In this document: piece after piece, positions 59,307 to 64,000 of the stretch
Layout of the letters: every line of letters starts with the position of its first letter
Numbering within the stretch: position 1 is the first letter of the stretch
Source: a virus
Strand: one strand, 5' to 3'
Length of the DNA: 64,000 nt
Virus record (IMG/VR): IMGVR_UViG_3300043411_002794
Span: 128,195 to 192,194 of that record
Notes under the pieces: model-generated
Databases searched by the model: none
Told to the model about the DNA's origin: nothing
The model's input: only the letters and a program-made list of their open reading frames with translations
Translations under genes and position numbers: made by a program

Positions 59307-61766
59307 CTAAGCGATCTGCGGGATATTCGGGTTCGGTCCCGCCCGCAGTTGTTGGTATCGATCGAGATCCGCCCCGCGGACGGCCGCCAGCATTTGCTGC
59401 TGGTCTCGCGAAACAGGTTGCATGTTTGTAGACGAGAGCAGCGGATCGGTGACTGCCTTCGTGGCGTTCTGCACGCCCTCTCCCAGCATACCGCCGTGAG
59501 CTGCCGCACCAAGGGCCATCGTGCCGCCCAGCACCGCCGCCAACGTACTGCCGAGACCGCCGCCGTTCTCGTCGGTCAGCGACGTGAGCAGTCCGATCGC
59601 GGCGAGGCCGACACCGGCGCCCAGCAGCCACTTCTGGCCGGGGGTCAGTTTGTCCCACATGCCTGGCTCGGGCGGAGCACCGGTTTCTTTGGTGATGTTT
59701 TCGACGGCCTGCTGCTCCATTTGCGGATCAACCTGGCCGGACGCTTCCGCGGCTTCGGCGCCATCGACTAACTGCTTCGGTTCGACGCCCGTCTTAGCAA
59801 CGGCCGCCAACAGCTCCTTATGCGGCTTCGCCGTCAACTGCTCCTGCGCTGAACTGTTGATGAGCGCCTGCTGCTGATCGGCGACATGGGCGGCGATCGC
59901 TTCCGGCGTCGCGTTGGGCCCAAGTTCGGCCGCAGCTTGCGATCGAAAATAGTTTTGAAACTCAGGCATCGCGATCCGTGCCTGTTCTTCTGGCGGCAGA
60001 TCACCAAGCGAATACTTGTGCGGCGTCATGTCCGGTGCTGCCGCCTGGTCCGGTGTCGTGAACTTCTGGTAAAGCCCCTGCGTCAATTGTCCTGACGTTG
60101 TATAGTTGAACGGATTGATACTCATGCCTTCCGGATTGAGTACCTGCTCGGCAAGATTAAACGGAGCCATGCCGCGTTCGAATTTATACAGTTTTTTCGG
60201 AAATGCCTTCAACACGGCGGGGGTCGCCTGGGCGGCACCTCTCGCGGCTGTCGTCGCCGTGCCGGCCAGCGCAGGAAGCGAACCTGCAACACCGGCCACC
60301 AACGGAGCCGCAGCCGCAGTTCCTAGTGCCGTCATAGCCGGTGTGTCCCAGTGCGGATTCACAGGCAACGGTGCCGGACCCTTACTGCCCTGCTGCCGCC
60401 ATTGCGCTCGTGCGTCTATGTCGGCGGCAGAGTACGCCGGCGGGCCTTCCGACGCGTCCGGACGCGGACCGCGAACCAACAACTGCGGCGATACCGGCTC
60501 CGACACTGCCGCTGCATGCGGCGACGGAGCGTTCGGCAGCATGCGTGGTTTAGGGGCCGCTGCAGCTGCCGGCAGCGGCTTAGTCAGGTCAGGCAGCCCG
60601 AATACGTCGGCACCTAGCTTTTCGAAGGCGGCTCCGAACTCGAGTGCGTAATCGTCGTTCAGGCGGCAAACCGCGGCCACCTTCTCGCGAAACTGCAGCT
60701 CGCTAAGCCCGGCCTTATGGCAAGCCACCAGGAACCCGGCGACGAGCGGAAACTCGTCGATGAAGGCGCGGCGATCCGACGCCGTCTTAGGGAGCAGGTT
60801 GAGCGACGGAAGTTGTTGTTTGCGTTGCTTCTCGGCCTGCATCTGCCGATATGCGGCGTAGAGCCCGATTGCACCGGCACCGCCGGCCGCCAGGTACGGG
60901 GCGTTGCGCCAGAGGGTTCCGGCCAGGCCTTCCGTCGGGGCGTTGGCGTGGATGGACGACGGCGTCACGTCGGGCGGGGCCGCCAACGACGATCCCGTCT
61001 CCACCAGCGACTTGATTTTACTGCCGACAGCTCCAGCGGTATCGCCGACCGCACTGGCCGTGTCACCAAGCAGGCCTTTGATGGCAGCCCCGCCACCCGC
61101 TGCAAGTGCTCCGGCACCGGCGACCGCTTTGAGCATGCCGGCGGGCGGTCCACTTGGCCGCAACACGTACGGCTTCAGATTCGTGGTATCCGGGAATGTC
61201 TCCGGAATATCGATTCGCACATTCTTGGGTAGTCCAGGCGGACGCACCCACGGCAGCGCCGGGGCACTCTTTGCCTGAGCTGCCATGTCATCCCACCAAC
61301 TCGGCGGACCGGCCCACCAGGTCGGCGAAGGCGATTCTACCGGCGGACGAGCCTGCCGTAATGCCTCCAGCCGACCAGCCAGATCCGGTTTCGGCACCGC
61401 TGGCAGCGGCACGCGGCCGGTCTCTTTGACGAGCCGCTGCAACTCGGCGGACGCCGCGGCTGCAGTCGGGTTCTGTTTCAAAATGCGCTCGATGGCGCCG
61501 CGGCCGACGCCGACTTCCGTCGCTCGGCGGATCTCGCCGCCCAGTCCACCACTACCGCCGTGAGCACCCGACAACGACGGGCCGCCAGCCGCGTAACGTG
61601 CACGCGACAACGCAGCTGCAGCTCCAGGAGCTTTTGCTCCGCCTTGAGTTTTCAGCACCCGCTCTACGGCGCTGCGGGGCATACCAGCGGCCAAGAGCCG
61701 CCGAATAACACCGCCGGCTCCGGCCATCTTTTCCGGAACGACAAAACGAGCAAGATTCCCGTGCAT
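59307..61766 (-). CDS. Large modular glycine-zipper virion-internal protein (putative)
   Basis: 819 aa; Pro-rich spacers alternating with GxxxG helices; KMAG, KTAS, KVAA; GFLVACHKAGL module. Confidence 0.75.
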   Translation of the reverse strand: MHGNLARFVVPEKMAGAGGVIRRLLAAGMPRSAVERVLKTQGGAKAPGAAAALSRARYAAGGPSLSGAHGGSGGLGGEIRRATEVGVGRGAIERILKQNPTAAAASAELQRLVKETGRVPLPAVPKPDLAGRLEALRQARPPVESPSPTWWAGPPSWWDDMAAQAKSAPALPWVRPPGLPKNVRIDIPETFPDTTNLKPYVLRPSGPPAGMLKAVAGAGALAAGGGAAIKGLLGDTASAVGDTAGAVGSKIKSLVETGSSLAAPPDVTPSSIHANAPTEGLAGTLWRNAPYLAAGGAGAIGLYAAYRQMQAEKQRKQQLPSLNLLPKTASDRRAFIDEFPLVAGFLVACHKAGLSELQFREKVAAVCRLNDDYALEFGAAFEKLGADVFGLPDLTKPLPAAAAAPKPRMLPNAPSPHAAAVSEPVSPQLLVRGPRPDASEGPPAYSAADIDARAQWRQQGSKGPAPLPVNPHWDTPAMTALGTAAAAPLVAGVAGSLPALAGTATTAARGAAQATPAVLKAFPKKLYKFERGMAPFNLAEQVLNPEGMSINPFNYTTSGQLTQGLYQKFTTPDQAAAPDMTPHKYSLGDLPPEEQARIAMPEFQNYFRSQAAAELGPNATPEAIAAHVADQQQALINSSAQEQLTAKPHKELLAAVAKTGVEPKQLVDGAEAAEASGQVDPQMEQQAVENITKETGAPPEPGMWDKLTPGQKWLLGAGVGLAAIGLLTSLTDENGGGLGSTLAAVLGGTMALGAAAHGGMLGEGVQNATKAVTDPLLSSTNMQPVSRDQQQMLAAVRGADLDRYQQLRAGPNPNIPQIA

Positions 61767-61777
61767 AGTTCCCTCAG

Positions 61778-64000
61778 TTAGTTGCAGGCTTCAGCAAGCC
61801 GCTTGCCCATCTCTTTGTGGCTGCCGGTGAACTCGCGAAGCGTCACCGGTTTGGCCTTCGCTTTGACGGCCCCGTTGGCCATGCCGATGTCCATCGACGC
61901 GACCTTCTCTTTTTTCTTGGCAGCCGGTTTAGCCTTCGGCTTCTCTTCGGACTTCTCCGGCGAGACGGTGTCGAACAGGCCGGTCGCAGCTCGCTGACCG
62001 AGCATCGCAGATCCGAGACCGGTGGCGCTGGCTCCCAGCATCTGCAGCAATTTCGGTGCTCCGGCAGCACTGAGGCCCGCACCGACGCCCATCGCGGGTA
62101 CGGCGCCGAGCGCTGCCCCGCCGAAAGCACCGAGGCCGCCGAAAGCTCCACGATTGAAGCCGCGAAGTCGCTGGCCGGGTTTAGCGTCCAATGCACCGAT
62201 CGTGCCGCCGACACCGGCAGAGCCGGTCGCCAGCGACGACAGAAGCAAACCTATCGACGGGATGTCCGTGTCGGCAGCCTGCTTAGTCGTACGGCCGCCC
62301 TGGAACTGATGCCCCGGCGACCACTTACCGGGAGACGTCTTGGTCCCCTTTACGGTCTTGCTGATCGGCCGACGCACCGGCACTGCGGATGGCGAAGCTG
62401 CAGCAGCCCCGAACGCAGCAGCTGCATTAGTCTTCACTAGCGGCGGGCCGAACGGATTACCGCCAATCGGCTTCGGACGCGGCATGAACGGATTTCCGGC
62501 GGCCGAAGCAGGCGGTGCCGTCGGGAGCTTGCCCATAGCGGCGCGCGACGCTTGAAGTCGTGCTCGTGCGTCGGCGGTCGGGATCTGTCCGGATGCCTCG
62601 CGGGCCGCGCGGAGCTTCGCCGCAGGCGTTTCCGCCGCCGCCGACAACTGTTCGTTGTGTCCGTCCAGCAGCGTACGCTTCGGCGGCGGGCCGAGCGGTT
62701 GCATCATCGACGACGCGGCACCCGGCGGCGTCATGGTCGTAGACAACGACGGGGCAGCCGGGGCCGGTGCCGCAGGCGGTAAGGCTGGAGCATTGATAGC
62801 CGGCATCGGCCGTTGAAACGGATTCGTTGTTGCCGCAGATCCGGCTGGAGGCACGCGGCTTGGCGACGGACCGGGCAGTACCGGCGTAGGCGACACATTA
62901 GGCGCGTCCATGCCGAGTGCACGAAGCGTCCCCGAATCAGTTGGATCAACAGAGTGAGCACCCCAAGATCCACGAATACGGCCCGTCCGATCAATCATAC
63001 GTCCATCCGGCATACTGAAAGTCCGCGACGGTTCCGGTCCTGCTTGTGCCGCTCCGGCGGTTTCGACATCAGACAACGGCAGCGTCGGAGCCCCGTTGGC
63101 CTTCTGCATGCTTTGTATCGCCGCTGGATCAATATCCTGCTGCACAGGCGGGGCGGGCCGCCCGGCCTTGAGATAAGGGTACGACGGGATGCCTTGCAAC
63201 TGGCGACGCGCCGCGCGAGCAGTCATCTCTTCGTATTGTTTCGATCTGATCTGATTTGCGTATTCTTCCTGCCCCGGTAACCCGGTACCTTGCCGCTCTG
63301 CGATCGCGTCAGCGACAGGTCCGACGCGCGAACCTGAAGCACGGTCGTTTGATGCACTAACGCCGCCGTCGCCGTAAAACTCAGTAGCGGATAATTGTCG
63401 TTCCGGTCCGTGGTCCGGCATCACAACAGGGCCAGGTTTATTCGTCACCATGCCGGGTTCAGGCATAGAACGACTCGGCATCATGTAACCATTCCAATTA
63501 AGCGTCGGCCGTGCCACGCCCGGCGGCAACGACGCTACGTTCCCGCTGGGCGTTTTTGTCGGCGGGACGTAACCCGTGTACTGCGGTTCCGGTCGCGGTG
63601 CCTGCCCCATCGCTGGCGTGAATCTGCCCGGCGGATGCGGTGCAGCAGGCGGCGTAAGTTTCTGCGACAGATCACCGCCAACGACGGCTTTCAGCGACGG
63701 CGCTACGGGTGACTTGGGCGATCCCAGTCGCGGTGCCTGCCCCATCGCTGGCGTGAATCTGCCCGGCGGATGCGGTGCAGCAGGCGGCGTAAGTTTCTGC
63801 GACAGATCACCGCCAACGACGGCTTTCAGCGACGGCGCTACGGGTGACTTGGGCGATCCCGGTGTCGGTAGCAGCGGATGCGGTGCAGCAGGCGGCGTAA
63901 GTTTCTGCGACAGATCACCGCCAACGACGGCTTTCAGCGACGGCGCTACGGGTGACTTGGGCGATCCCGGTGTCGGTAGCAGCGGAGCCCCATTGGCCTT
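61778..64000 (-). CDS. Large Pro-rich repeat protein with C-terminal glycine zippers (5' end outside the window)
   Basis: Frame open from base 64000; KQAA and KVAS flank the Gly-zipper helices. Confidence 0.75.
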   Translation of the reverse strand, partial: KANGAPLLPTPGSPKSPVAPSLKAVVGGDLSQKLTPPAAPHPLLPTPGSPKSPVAPSLKAVVGGDLSQKLTPPAAPHPPGRFTPAMGQAPRLGSPKSPVAPSLKAVVGGDLSQKLTPPAAPHPPGRFTPAMGQAPRPEPQYTGYVPPTKTPSGNVASLPPGVARPTLNWNGYMMPSRSMPEPGMVTNKPGPVVMPDHGPERQLSATEFYGDGGVSASNDRASGSRVGPVADAIAERQGTGLPGQEEYANQIRSKQYEEMTARAARRQLQGIPSYPYLKAGRPAPPVQQDIDPAAIQSMQKANGAPTLPLSDVETAGAAQAGPEPSRTFSMPDGRMIDRTGRIRGSWGAHSVDPTDSGTLRALGMDAPNVSPTPVLPGPSPSRVPPAGSAATTNPFQRPMPAINAPALPPAAPAPAAPSLSTTMTPPGAASSMMQPLGPPPKRTLLDGHNEQLSAAAETPAAKLRAAREASGQIPTADARARLQASRAAMGKLPTAPPASAAGNPFMPRPKPIGGNPFGPPLVKTNAAAAFGAAAASPSAVPVRRPISKTVKGTKTSPGKWSPGHQFQGGRTTKQAADTDIPSIGLLLSSLATGSAGVGGTIGALDAKPGQRLRGFNRGAFGGLGAFGGAALGAVPAMGVGAGLSAAGAPKLLQMLGASATGLGSAMLGQRAATGLFDTVSPEKSEEKPKAKPAAKKKEKVASMDIGMANGAVKAKAKPVTLREFTGSHKEMGKRLAEACN
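63592..63986 (-). repeat. In-frame exact tandem repeats (three copies of a 94-bp core; periods 135 and 108 bp)
   Basis: Identical cores at 63632..63725, 63767..63860 and 63875..63968, encoding GSPKSPVAPSLKAVVGGDLSQKLTPPAAPHP. Confidence 0.95.

Noticed and set aside
63592-63986. CRISPR-like array
   Set aside because: Units are 108-135 bp, in frame within a CDS, and have no unique spacers.

Overview
GC-rich segment of a large lytic-looking tailed phage (jumbo-myovirus-like). Essentially all genes lie on the - strand; the one exception is a + strand glycosyltransferase. In transcription order (right to left) it holds: (i) large Pro/Ala/Gly-rich glycine-zipper proteins; (ii) an accessory block with three coupled genes sharing a C-terminal RRx[IV][ED][LI] motif; (iii) a ~10 kb glycan island (GT4, GT2-like genes, two SAM methyltransferases, a GH130-like propeller, a CAP protein and a ColD-like His-type 3-dehydratase); (iv) a coupled holin-like / membrane-anchored FixL-like PAS / 2H-phosphoesterase trio; (v) a second holin-like gene with a papain-like peptidase cassette; (vi) a cellular-type multisubunit RNA polymerase, encoded as a beta-beta'N fusion (with intein) plus a separate beta'C gene; (vii) head genes (intein-containing prohead protease, scaffold-like protein, decoration protein, HK97-like MCP); (viii) neck, sheath, tube, spike, tail chaperones with a -1 slippery site, and tape measure. 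Many head-region proteins carry a recurring K-x-A-[AS] motif, suggesting a protease-processed, virion-packaged proteome. A Planctomycetota host is an inference only. No tRNA, rRNA or CRISPR array was seen. All family calls come from motif recognition by eye; no searches were run.
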